Program-made: the position numbers and the translations under genes
Shown here: piece after piece, positions 52,299 through 63,820 of the stretch
Layout: the number at the start of each line of letters is the position of its first letter
Position numbering within the stretch: the stretch's first letter is position 1
The notes under the pieces: generated by a model
What the model saw: the letters and a program-made list of their open reading frames with translations, nothing else
The model's database searches: none
Told to the model about the DNA's origin: nothing
Assembly (NCBI RefSeq): GCF_018350175.1
Contig: NC_058368.1
Location: forward strand, 142,416,001 to 142,480,000
Direction: 5' to 3'
Origin: Felis catus
Taxonomy: Eukaryota
Length of the DNA stretch: 64,000 nucleotides

Positions 52299-52402
52299 CA
52301 GGATTTTTAGGATCTTTTATATCATCATTACCACCACCATGGTCGCGACGCTACCGATATTGGATAGAATTTAGACACGTCACCTTACAATACACCTAGC
52401 TC
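52299..52402 (-). other. Spliced exon (104 nt), probably a non-coding 5' UTR exon of an unidentified minus-strand gene
   Basis: Minus strand reads ccttttctgtgatttttgcttattgtag|GAGCTAGG...AAAATCCTG|gtgagt: pyrimidine-rich acceptor and consensus donor. Stops occur in all three frames. It contains a CpG cluster unusual for this window and is not repeat-derived. Confidence 0.75.
52317..52340 (-). other. Short upstream ORF (MVVVMMI*) in strong Kozak context
   Basis: GCGACC ATG GTG GTG GTA ATG ATG ATA TAA, with A at -3 and G at +4. It lies wholly inside the 104-nt exon. Confidence 0.6.
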
Positions 52403-53710
52403 CTACAATAAGCAAAAATCACAGAAAAGGCAGTGCCTTTATGATTCTGTTTTAAGGTATCAATTTTAACTAAATCATCCTTACGAACCCACTTTCTCCT
52501 TTGATCTGTCACAAATTTACCTCAGGAATCAAGACACGACAATCTGTGCAAGAGCTGCTTTTGTATTAATCAGTTCCACATCTTAGAATTCCCCAGAGTT
52601 TAATATAATGGAAATATTCATCATTTCTGCATACTACTGTCAGCAGGCAATATTACTTACCTTACATTCACAATCTGGTTTGAGGTCCTTCCAAAGTTTT
52701 CACATTTACTATTTAGCCCTCAAAATCCCCATAAACAATGAAATCTCTTTAGGCAGTCACATGTGATAACACATTTAAAAAATTAACATCTCCAATATGA
52801 GCTCTGATAAAATAATAACAAAATTAAGCAGGTGTCACCAACAAAAATTCTGGTCTAAAATCCATAACTTAATTTAACTTCACCAATATTTACCGAATGC
52901 CTACTATACCCTGCCCTAGACAATGTGCTCCCGAGTCAGGCTTCTTAGGGGGAACAAAACTCCATAAAACAAAAAATTTAACAACCTTATGTATGGCCCT
53001 AAACATTAAAGACAAACAAAAACAAAAACAAAGTGTGGTCCATTAAATCCAAAAGTCTGGCGACCACGGATTTAAAAAACTTTTATGGCACCTTTACTCT
53101 CCCTATGCCTAAGCAACCATCTGGTTTCAGATGAGCATCTCTGGAAGAGGCCACCAGGGACCAGGCTGTGAATTACTGCTCAGAGCTATTTAATGTACAA
53201 GACAGAAATGTATTAAATGGCAATGAAGTAGTAATTACAAAATGGTTCCCCAGTGGCTCAAAGAGTCAGTAATTAACTACCACTTAATACACACTAAGAT
53301 TGTGAGTTATTAAATGACACTAAAGGAACAGTTCATTAAATGGTACCTTAGTGTCCTGAAAGAGTCATTTCCATACAACTCAGCACCAGCATGATTAGAC
53401 ACTGGGGAATCCCACTGTTTGCTGGAAAACAATGTTAATTGCCACACAGTACCAACTCCAGCCTGGAATCCCAGCATTTAGTTGGATGGATGAGCAAGCA
53501 CTTCATTCTGTGTCCCCTCCCAGAAGTCCTTGGCACTGACTCAGGCTGTAGCCTGAGTATAGGGTGTGGCAAGATGGCAGCCTCACTGAGTCAATTACAG
53601 TCTTGTCTCCTGTACCAATCCACACCCAAAGTTGTGGTATATCTTCTCACACAGGTTTATATTTTGCTATTCTGACATGAACGAAGGATATTTAAAAGTA
53701 AGTCATGATC

Positions 53711-53880
53711 AGGGCACCTAGGTGGGTCATTGAGTTAATGACCCGCTGAGCTTGATTTCGGCTCAGTTCATGATCTCATGGTTCATGCGTTTGGGCCCTG
53801 GGTTGGGCTCCATGCTAGGGTTCCAGAGGCTGCTTGGGGTTCTCTCAACTCTCTCTCTGTCACTCCTCTGCTCACACACA

Positions 53881-53931
<51 letters not shown>

Positions 53932-53970
53932 AAGATAAACTAACTTAAAAAAATAAAATAAAAATAAAAA
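53711..53970 (+). mobile_element. SINEC (older copy) with an expanded (CT)n tract
   Basis: gggcacctaggtggg head, (CT)n at about 53883-53920 and A tail; TSD taagt(c/t)atgatc. Confidence 0.9.
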
Positions 53971-54992
53971 TAAGTTATGATCTAATTACAAATAAGATTT
54001 GCCATATTTACTCTGACAACCTCCTTTAAAATGTCTTTTTTTGTATATCCTACTTTCTTTCCTCCTCTTGGTTCCCACCTCTCATTCCCGTTGTATTCTT
54101 AGTTTCTTCCCTAACCATTCCTTATATCCAGTCTTTTAATGATCCCAGTCTTTTAATCAAAACTGTACATGAAGAGTCTATCCCCTCTAGAAGGCTTTAC
54201 CTGATGAGGAGACAAGACATTGAAAAACTCTTCCAAACTACTTTAAAATCATCCCTTCAAATTCCGAATAACTTTACCAAGAAAACTAAGTTGGTGCTTT
54301 TTCTCCTAAGCTAAACTGCCTACATCTTGTTATTCCAACAGTCTCAACATACAAATCTACCTTTCTTAGATCTATGTAACACCCAGACAAAGGGAGCACA
54401 TAATGAATGTTAAACATTGAATCACTCTGACCTGTAAAAGAACACACACTACAAAAGCTTTTTAAGATGATATATGATAGCCTTATCATTAGATGAACTC
54501 AAGAAAGTGTGAAAGAAAGATAAGCAATTAACCAATGAACTGGTCAAAGTTTCAGGTGACACCAGAGGATGGACAGATGAGATCAAGGAGATAAAGTTCA
54601 AAGAGGTAGAACAACAGGTCATCAATCACATGGATCTGGGAAAACTTTCACAGACTGAAACAAATGGGAAAAACATTCTAGAAGAAACCAGAGATGGTCA
54701 TGAAAGCAGTGTTTCCACAGTAGAAACGTTAGAATACTCACCTAAAGATTATACCTTCAAATAAGAATTTAAGAGTTATTTTTTAAAAATCCCTATCCAA
54801 TTACAAAGTGGTATTTGTTACTTTTATTGTCAAAAGCTGTCTTTAACAAAGTTTTAGGAGTAATATGAAAGTACAGACCATGAAAGATTGCTCACAATAA
54901 AGACCTAAAGGGGGCAATGGTTTTAACTGCATAACCTCCAATGTGATGATTAACTGCTATCAGAATTGCAAGAAGACATAACTGTGTAAGAG

Positions 54993-55530
54993 CGTAGGAC
55001 AGGTGGCTCCAAATGTACCACGATGGCATACTGATTATTTTGAATTGAAGCTACTTGGGCAATAGCCAGTCAAGGACACTCAGACCCCTCCTCTGTCCCC
55101 CTGAAAGCAGGAAATGAATCTCCCTTATGAAAAGTACCCTCCCCACACTAAGAAGTAAAAAGACATTCTTATCACCAGAGATAGGAACTTTAAAGCTGAG
55201 AAAACTAGAGAATCAAACTTTGTTACTTTTTTTAACTCATCTAGTATCTCAGTCTAAATTCCACTTGGAACGTTTTGTTAATTAAAGCTTCCAAACACCT
55301 GTTTTCTTTATCCTGTCAATTCCCCACCAATTTACTGTCTCTTTGTCTTAAAGGTATAAGAAGGGCCTGCCTTTGGTCACTTGCTTGGTTCTCAATTTCA
55401 TTACTGGGCTTCTGGGTACACATAATAAAACTTGGATTTTTTTCTCCTGTTAATCTGTCTCATGTAAACTTAATTCTTAGTCCAGCTAAAAGAAGCTTCT
55501 AACCTGAGGAAAATTTCTTCCTCCCATTCA
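54993..55530 (+). mobile_element. Solo ERV1 LTR (MER34-like)
   Basis: ggcatactgattattttgaattgaagctact near the 5' end, TATA-like ggtataag at about 55353, aataaa at about 55424, ttttctcctgttaatctgtc, and a CA end. No internal sequence. Confidence 0.75.
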
Positions 55531-55721
55531 ACCGCATACAAGAATGATGTAGGACACACTGATGTGTATACACTGGATATACATTTTGGTTTTTAGCCAG
55601 TGAAGCTACAAAATTAATCATTAAACCTCCCTCCATTAGTTATCCAAAGTCCACTTGCCAAGAAAAAAAAGTAGCAAAAGAGTTCGAGAAAATTAACCAT
55701 TTAAAATACATTAAAAGAACA

Positions 55722-55960
55722 GGGGCGCCTGGGTGGCTCAGTCGGTTAAGCGGCCGACTTCAGCTCAGGTCGTGATCTCGTGGTCCATGAGTTCAAGTCC
55801 CACGTCAGGCTCTGTGCTGACAGCTCAGAGCCTGGAGCCTGTTTCAGATTCTGTGTCTCCCTCTCTCTGACCCTCCCCCATTCATGCTCTGTCTCTCTCT
55901 GTCTCAAAAATAAATAAACGTTAAAAAAAATAAAAAAATAAAAATAAATAAAATAAAATG
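55722..55960 (+). mobile_element. SINEC
   Basis: Full length; TSD cattaaaagaacag. Confidence 0.96.
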
Positions 55961-56109
55961 CATTAAAAGAACAGCATTAAAGAAGTCAGCAACATGTTTT
56001 CATTCATTTAGGACAATAAAAAATGATTCAACATTTCTGTAGTTTGTCAGCCTGAGTGAAAATCCAAAATAGTTATTATATTGTGACTCGGCAGTCTAGT
56101 GAGAGAATT

Positions 56110-56460
56110 AGATTAGTACAAGGGTGTTTATTGAAGCATTATTCAAAACAGGGAAAATATTTCATCTTTAAGAGATTGGTCAAATAAATCACAGCACGTT
56201 CATACAATGGAATATATTTCAGATATTAAAAAGGAGGGGTCTAAATTGATTGACTTGGAAAGACCACCACAATCTACTGTGAAGAAAAAACAAAACAACG
56301 CCCTATAATACAATCTTATATATTTAAGGTTGTGAGCGTGCATATGTGCATGATGATCATAAAAAAATAAAGGGCAATAATTTACTTTTAGAAGGTAGGT
56401 ACTTGGCATGATTTTCCCTTTACCTGTACTTTTACATGTGGTTTAAACTTTCCATAATTA
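56110..56460 (+). mobile_element. Old L1 (L1ME-like) 3' fragment
   Basis: gtacaagggtgtttattgaagcattattc...catacaatggaatat. Confidence 0.55.
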
Positions 56461-57169
56461 GCATTTCTTTAAACAACAGAAGAAAAAACACACACACAAC
56501 TGAAAATTTAGCTTCTTTCTTTATATTGGGGGTGGGGTCATTGATACATCTATTTTTTAAAAAACAATACTCTTCTGGAGAGAATAACAGTCATGCTTTA
56601 TTTACAGGATGATAATTCACTGTCCATATATCAGAAGCTCCAGAAAGGAAATCACCTGATCCTCAGGCTGGTGAAGCACCTGCCTTGGCTAACAGTTCCC
56701 AGCACAAGTGGATTCAACTACTCAGACTGCCCCATCAGAGCTGGCAGTGACTCCCAGGGGAGGCCACTGAGGCCACTGGACCACCTGCTCATCAGCACAG
56801 GCTCACCTTCCTACTCTGGGACTTCGTGAGAGGCAGGGTAGGATGGTAGGTCCTGGTTCAGGAAACACCAGCTAGGCCCTCTGCACTCAGCCCACGGCAC
56901 TGAGCAGGGAATTGCTAAATGCAACTTCACCAAAAGAGAGTGGGAGAAAAGAAAAGACCAGATGCCTGAGGCCTGCTCCATTTTTCCAAGAGATGCAGCC
57001 AAAAGGCCACTGGGGAAGACAGTCTGGTAAGATCAGTATGCATGCCCACCAAACAGTGGCAAGACTCCACCAAGGAGCCAAGGGTTCCTTGGCTCCCCTA
57101 AACTACCAGTTAATAGGTCCAGAAGAGGCCCACTGTGGATCCAGAACTGCAGTATGAGCTGGAGGTGGG

Positions 57170-57630
57170 AGGACAGTACAGAGCAGGGCAAGATCACTGT
57201 GGGGTAAGGAGCTCAGCCTGGGCCTGGAATTCTGTTCCTTGTCAGTCTCTGCACCCAGACAGGGTAAGAATCGCCATGTGACCCTGGCCCGTGGTTCTTC
57301 TGGGCTTCCTTCTCAATGACTGACATACCAGAGCCTGAGGTGGTGAGGAGTTGAGCCTTGAGCCCCAGGAAGCCATGACAAAGGCTTGGTGCAAAAGCAT
57401 TTCAGGCAGGGAAAATGCACACACGGAGGGCACTGAAAAGGGCAGGAGGTCGGTGGCTGAGGACCAGAAAGACAAGTATCAGGGCTGGAGCTGAGGAGCA
57501 CAGGGACAGCTAGAGCAGGGGCTGGAGAAGTTGGCAGGAAGGCATCTTGACAAGGAATTTGGATTTTATCCTGGTGCAACAAGAGAAGGATGGAGGATTT
57601 CAAGTAGGATGCAAATGTAGTCAAATTTAT
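57170..57630 (-). mobile_element. L2 fragment(s)
   Basis: gcatttcaggcagggaaaatgcac...aaggaatttggattttatcctggtgcaa...tggaggattttcaagtagg. Confidence 0.65.
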
Positions 57631-57644
57631 AGCCTAATTTACAT

Positions 57645-57861
57645 TTTTAAAGTTTATTTATGTTGAGAGAGAGGGAGAGAGAAAGACCACGAAGGTGGGG
57701 CAGAGAGAGAGGGAGAGAATCCCAAGCAGGCTCCGTGCTGTCAGCCTGAGTCCAACACAAGGGCTCGATCCCACCAACCTCGATGCCACCAACCGAGAGA
57801 CCAAGACCTGAGCCAAAATCAAGAGTCAAACACCTAACCCACTGAGCCACCCAGGTGCCCC
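57645..57861 (-). mobile_element. SINEC
   Basis: TSD cctaatttacatt. Confidence 0.94.
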
Positions 57862-57959
57862 TAATTTACATTCTTAATAATCCTGACAGCTGCTGTGTGT
57901 GTATCACAGATCATGTAGATCGTCAAACTTTTCAAATTTTACTGAAAATCTATTGTTAA

Positions 57960-58034
57960 GGGGCACCTAGGTGGCTCAGTCGGTTAAGCGGCTGACTTTG
58001 GCTCAGGTCATGGTCTCGCAGTCCGTGAGTTCGA
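57960..58034 (+). mobile_element. SINEC head only (3'-truncated, no tail)
   Basis: ggggcacctaggtggctcagtcggttaagc...gagttcga, then the similarity stops. Confidence 0.85.
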
Positions 58035-58071
58035 ACACCCACTAGCATACTCTTTAAAAACCAACAGTACC

Positions 58072-58300
58072 GGGGCGCCTGGGTGGCGCAGTCGGTTAAG
58101 CGTCTGACTTCAGCCAGGTCACGATCTCGCGGTCTGTGGGTTCGAGCCCCGCGTCAGGCTCTGGGCTGATGGCTCAGAGCCTGGAGCCTGTTTCCGATTC
58201 TGTGTCTCCCTCTCTCTCTGCCCCTCCCCCGTTCATGCTCCGTCTCTCTCTGTCCCAAAAATAAATAAACGTTGAAAAAAAATAAAAATAAAAAAAAAAA
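58072..58300 (+). mobile_element. SINEC, young feline subfamily
   Basis: TSD taaaaaccaacagtac at 58055-58070 and 58301-58316. Confidence 0.97.
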
Positions 58301-58441
58301 TAAAAACCAACAGTACATTGTAAGGCAGTCCCTTCCAGGGAATGTATTTCTCTCCGAAAAAACAAAACAACAATTTCAATGTTGGGGTGTTTCTCCTCCA
58401 AAAGGCAGGACAGAAGAGAACTGTAAGACAGAAAAAATATA

Positions 58442-58779
58442 CAGTTGACCCTTGAACAACCTGGGGGTTAGAGGTGCCGACCCCTGCACAGTTAAAAAAT
58501 CCACGTATAACTTGTGAATCCCCAAAACCTGACTATTAGTAGTAGCCTACCCTTGACGAGAAGCCTCACTGATGACAGAGTCAACACATTATTTCGTGTT
58601 ATATGTATTATACACTGTATTCTTACAATAAAGTAAGCTAGAGAAAAGAAAATGTTATTAAGAAAATCATAAGGAAAAGAGAATACATTTATAGTACTGT
58701 ACTGTATTGACTGAAAAAAAAAAATCCACATATTAAGTGGACCCAGCCATTCAAAACCAGGTGGTTCAAAGGTCAACTG
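58442..58779. mobile_element. Tigger2a/MER28-like non-autonomous TcMar-Tigger element
   Basis: Terminal inverted repeats cagttgacccttgaacaac and gtggttcaaaggtcaactg, flanked by TA on both sides. Confidence 0.9.
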
Positions 58780-60030
58780 TATTGTTTTATAGCAAAGGGT
58801 TGTGCTTTCATAAGATGTCTTGTTACCAATTAATGCAAAGTTAGCCGTTCATTGACAATGGAGCACGTCCCACTATCTCCTTACTATTCAAACTCTGATA
58901 CCGTGAAAACATTTCCTCTCAGATTAAGGAGATTTTTTTTAACTAGTTCAATAATGATACGGAAATAGAGAAATCACCCCCGTCTTATGCAAAGCTTTCC
59001 CCTTAAAAAGTAAAAGCAGGAAAATAGTCCCTAAAGCAAATGGTAAGTAGCAGAGTATGATTTGCACCTTTTAGAACTGGAATGCCATTGTAAAATCACT
59101 CTACAAAACTCGTGAAAGTATGACTACCATTTATCTTGAGCCTTCCATTGAGTAGTTAAAGTGCTTTACAAATATCATCCTCATAATAACCCCATAAAGA
59201 GAGGAGAGTTTGCCATAAAAGTTCATTGGGCGTGAAAATTTGGCTCAGTTATTCAACAGCTTGATCCAAAAGTAATTATTAAAATTAATTTTTAACAGCA
59301 ACAAAAATAATTTGGCTGCAAGAGTAAACTAATAAGCAGTCAACTACCTACCCATGGAACATTTCATCTACACAAAGGCTGCATTCGTTGCCCCAGTACC
59401 TGGAATTACTTCTACAAAACCAGCTCCTGTAAATCGCAATAGCCCACAGGCTTGATGTCAGGGGCAGTCTTGACAGCAGCAGTCTCCATTTCATAATAGC
59501 ACTTGGTCCTACATTTACAGCACCCTGAAGTCTGGCACCAAATGAGCTGGGGAGATGGTGATTTCCGAATGAATTAAGGCTGAGCGAAAGCACGATCCTT
59601 CACGGTGCATGTGGGAAAGACCGTTAATTGCTCAAGGACATACAGACTCATCCCAGCCTCTCCTATGCAGCAAGGTTGGCCATGTGCACACCGGCAATCC
59701 TGAGGGCCTCCTGGCAGATAAAACACCAAAAGGGAGGGGTAGCTCTGTGGAGCCAGCAGTTGTGCGCAGATGTACCTACTGGTGCAAAAAATGCCGATTG
59801 CCATAAGCCCTTTCCCAGCTTCTGAGGAGCAGAGGCCATAGGAATGAGAACAAGTCCATGGCAAGTACGACTTAGAGGCCAGGCCTCTTTTGCCAGCCTT
59901 CGACCACCATTGTGTGCTATTTCTCTCTTCAGCCATGGGCAAGCTTCCCTGATGAGAAATGAATTTGCAGCATGAAGGCAGCTGGTTCTGTAAGCTAGAT
60001 TCTCTAAGATCCTGGCTCTTAAATTCAGGA

Positions 60031-60242
60031 TTTTTTTTTTTATGTTTATTTATTTCTGAGACAGAGAGAGACAGAGCGTGGGCGGGGGAGGGGCAGAGAG
60101 AGAGGGAGACGCAGAATCCAAAGCAGGTTCCAGGCTCTGAGCTGTCAGCACACAGCCCGACGAGGGGCTCGAACCCACAGACGGTGAGATCATGACCTGA
60201 GCCGAAGTCGGTCGCTCAACCGACTAAGCCACCCAGGTGCCG
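60031..60242 (-). mobile_element. SINEC
   Basis: TSD taaattcagg. Confidence 0.96.
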
Positions 60243-60339
60243 CTAAATTCAGGCTTATCCCATGCACCCTAGACGTGACTAGAAGTCACTAGGCAAGGAA
60301 ACTTCCTCAGACTCTTCACAGCATGGCATGGTGAAAAAA

Positions 60340-60525
60340 GGATTCACAACCCTCCTTTGCTACCTACTAATTGTGTCATTTACACAAATGACTTATATTC
60401 ACTGAGCCTCTGTCTCATCTGTAAAATGGGTCTAATACTGCACAGGGAGGTTGTGAAGTTTAAATATGCTAATGAATGCGCAATGCATTACACATTCAAT
60501 GCATACAACAGATGCCAATTATTAC
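60340..60525 (+). mobile_element. MIR
   Basis: ctgagcctctgtctcatctgtaaaatggg...gaggttgtgaagtttaaat. Confidence 0.7.
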
Positions 60526-61273
60526 TCTCTTCTGTTGGCATGAAGTCAACCTCCTCCTATTTTTAGTGAGTTCCATTCTTCCGTGCTTGTATCTTTCAAA
60601 TTTTTTAATCCATTCTTTTTAATCCATTCAAAATGGACTACCCATATCTACTTCATACTAACAGAAAGGCCAGGGTGGTGATTTAAAACTGGTTTTAGAT
60701 CAAACAGAGCTGTGGTCAGAAACCCAGCTCCACTACTTCCTGGTTGTATGATCTTGGGAAAGTTTATGGAACCTGTGATGCCGTTTCACCAGGTACATGG
60801 TGGGACATTAACATCACAGTTAATGGCTTACTGGGAACATACCTGCAGGGAGTAAACGGCTGTCTTTGTAGACAACCCTGGTCGGTATCCTCCCTGGGGC
60901 CTTGGACACCCTAAGCAAATGCCACTTAATAACAACACTTTCTTTGCTTGGTCACCGGGTACCAGATGGTAGCCAACTATTGTTGCCGAGCAGACCTTAG
61001 AAATAACGCTTGCTGACTGATGTTGATTTCGGTGCCCATGCTATGTTTGTAACATTAGTGGATAACAGGGGTTAGCTCTAAGTTTCAAGAGCCTTTACGG
61101 GTAAAATATGCCTGAATAGTCCTGGCCCTGAATCTAGTCTGGTCACCCTCAATGCCCCTGGGTAGACTGGCCTGGTTTGCCTGGGCACTTGCAGTAGAAT
61201 CAGGACCATTTCTAGCTGGCCCCTTAGGAACAGGATCCAACAGAGAAATGCTACTGGAACAACTGTATCCATC

Positions 61274-61507
61274 TTTTTTTTTTTTTTTTAACTTTATTTA
61301 TTTTGAGAGACCGAGAGAGAGAGAAAGAGCGGGGGGGGGGGGGGGGGAGGGGCGAGGGAGGGAGAGGGAGAGGAAGAGAATCCCAAGCAGGCTCCGTGCT
61401 GTCAGTGCAGAGCCCAGCATGGGGCTTGAACCCACGAACAGCAAGATCATATCCTGAGCCAAAATCAGGAGTCGGGCGCTTAACCGACTGAGCCACCCAG
61501 GTGCCCC
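61274..61507 (-). mobile_element. SINEC
   Basis: Full length on the reverse strand, with a poly-G run in the linker. Confidence 0.95.
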
Positions 61508-61974
61508 ATTATAACCATCTTCTTTGGCCAGGGAATCTATTCACATCTCCACTGGCAGTGGGAGATAGCAAGAAAGCCCCTCCTTCCCATACTCTGAGCA
61601 TCCAAGCATCTGAGTAAAGCCCACTCATCTTATAAAGAACCAACTTCCGAAGTCCATCTCTAAAATTAGAAAAGCAGTCCTAAATCAGACTGTTGTAAGT
61701 GCTCCTCACACTGTCTGGCACACAAACTCACTGTTTTCTATTGCAAGACTCTACCCATTTTATTAAAAGTCTCTATGAAGTATTCTAAAATTATTGTTAT
61801 ATTTGAGTTTAAAATCTATAAATATAAAATACTTCTAGATTTATAAAAATAAAATGGGAATATCAATATAGCTCATGTTTAGAAAAAGGAAAAAAAAAGA
61901 CTAAAAGATTCAGACATAGGGAGAAGGTTCTTGGAACCTTATGGAATGATACTCTTTTACCAAAAGATATAATC

Positions 61975-62185
61975 ATTGAACATACTTAAAATACGCCAAG
62001 TATTATTGTAATCTATTTGATTGTCACAAAAACCCTTAAGGCATTATTGACCACAATTCACAGATGAAGGGACTGAAGCAAAGAAACTTTAAGTAACTTC
62101 CCAAAATCACCCAGCTGGTAAATGTTAGAGTTGGTTTCAAATCCCAGTAGTCTAACTCCAAAGCCTGGGCTTTTAACCACTCTAC
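61975..62185 (-). mobile_element. MIR
   Basis: cacagatgaagggactgaagc...taagtaacttccccaaaatcacccagctggtaaatg...ttcaaatcccag...ctaactccaaagcc. Confidence 0.75.
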
Positions 62186-62495
62186 ACTTAGTCACAGTTT
62201 ACAAATCAAAGTTCAAGACTCTTTCTCCATTCCAATTTGCAGAAGACCCTATGCCTTCCATCTACAATGCGGGGAGTATTAACATTTCAGGAGTGATTCC
62301 CATGCAGGCATTTAGGATTCCCCATCGCTATTCTCTTAAAGCCTTAGGGCAGTCTAATCTCCCTCCCAGATCCAAACACCCCCTGTAAATGGAGGAGAAA
62401 GGGGGAGAGGACAGAAGGCAACCAGGCCCCAATTGAGAACGATTATAGTAAACAGAAAAGGAAATCAAAAGGACAGCAAGAAAATTTAAACAAGC

Positions 62496-62951
62496 GGGAT
62501 GCCTGAGTTACTCAGTCAGCTGAGTGTCATACTTTGGCTCAGGTCATGAGCCCATGGTTTATGGGTTCGAGCCCCACATCAAGCTCTGTGCTGACAGCTC
62601 AGAGCCTGGAGCCTGCTTCAGATTCTGCATCTCCCTCTCTTGCTCTACCCCTCCCCTGCTTGTGCTCTCTTACTCTCTCAAAAATAAATAAAATGAACAT
62701 GGAAAAAAATTTTTAAAGGGGGCACTTTGGTGGCTCAGTCAGTTAAGCATCTGACTTCTGCTCAGGTCATGATCTTGCAGTTCATGGGTTCGAGCCCCAC
62801 ATCAGGATCTGTGCTGACAGCTCAGAGCTGGGAACCTGCTTTGGATTCTGTCTCCCTCTCCTTCTTCCCTCACCCCATCATGCTCTCTCTCTCAAAAAAT
62901 GAATAAACATTAAAAAAAATTTTTAATAAAAAATGAAAAAATGAAATAAAA
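62496..62951 (+). mobile_element. Two tandem SINECs
   Basis: Heads at about 62496 and 62718; outer TSD aagaaaatttaaacaag at 62478-62494 and 62952-62968. Confidence 0.93.
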
Positions 62952-63368
62952 AAGAAAATTTAAACAAGAAACGCTAACAAGATAAAGAAATGAGAAACAA
63001 AGGGAAGACACACACCAAATGTCCTTCCTTTTCCCGCACTGTTCAACTGGTAATTAGACTAAAAACAATCCAAACTTTTGAAAAGTCATCAGGACTCAGC
63101 AGCTAATAGAAAATTGCTTTCTAAAAACAAATCCATATATGGTAGGCATTCTTAATCTGTTCTTTTGTAAACTCTAAGCCCAAGATTTCAAATTAACTTA
63201 TGACCTGCCAGACAATCTTCAATCTACAAATCTGACCTCTTGACGGGGGCATGGTGAAAAGCCCTCAACTGTGTTCAGCCTAATTTAAAAGAACTCAGAC
63301 TGTCCCAGAATAAAGATCGAATTTGGATTCAAAACCTGATTGCTACAATTAGTAAGAATCTATATTCT

Positions 63369-63820
63369 AGGGCTCCTGGGCAGTTCAGTCAGTTGAGAGT
63401 GCGACTCTTGATTTCGGTTCAGGTCATGATCTCATGGTCATGAGACAGAGCCGGGTATCTAGCTCTGCATGTGGAGCCTGCTTGGGATTTTCTCTCCCCC
63501 TCTGCACTTCACCCCTGCTCTCGCTCTCACTCTTTCTCGCTCACTCTCTCTCTCTGAAATAAAAAAATAAACTTACGAGGCACCTGGGTGGCTCAGTCAG
63601 TTAAGTGTCCGACTTCAGCTCAGGTCACGATCTCACGGCTTGTGACTTTAAGCCCTGCATCAGGCTCTGTGCTGGCAGCTTGGAGCCTGGAGCCTGCTTC
63701 CGATTCTGTGTCTCCCTCGCTCTCTGCCCCGCCCCCACTTACACTCTGTCTCTGTCTCTCTCTCTCAAAAATAAATAAAGATTTTAAAAAAAATTTTTTT
63801 AATGAAGTTAAAAAAAGAAA
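63369..63820 (+). mobile_element. Two tandem SINECs
   Basis: Heads at about 63369 and 63578; outer TSD ctatattct at 63360-63368 and 63826-63834. Confidence 0.92.

Noticed and set aside
14688..52402. Assigning a gene symbol to the host gene
   Set aside because: No coding exon is present and I do not recognise the leader exons with enough certainty; a BLAT search is needed.
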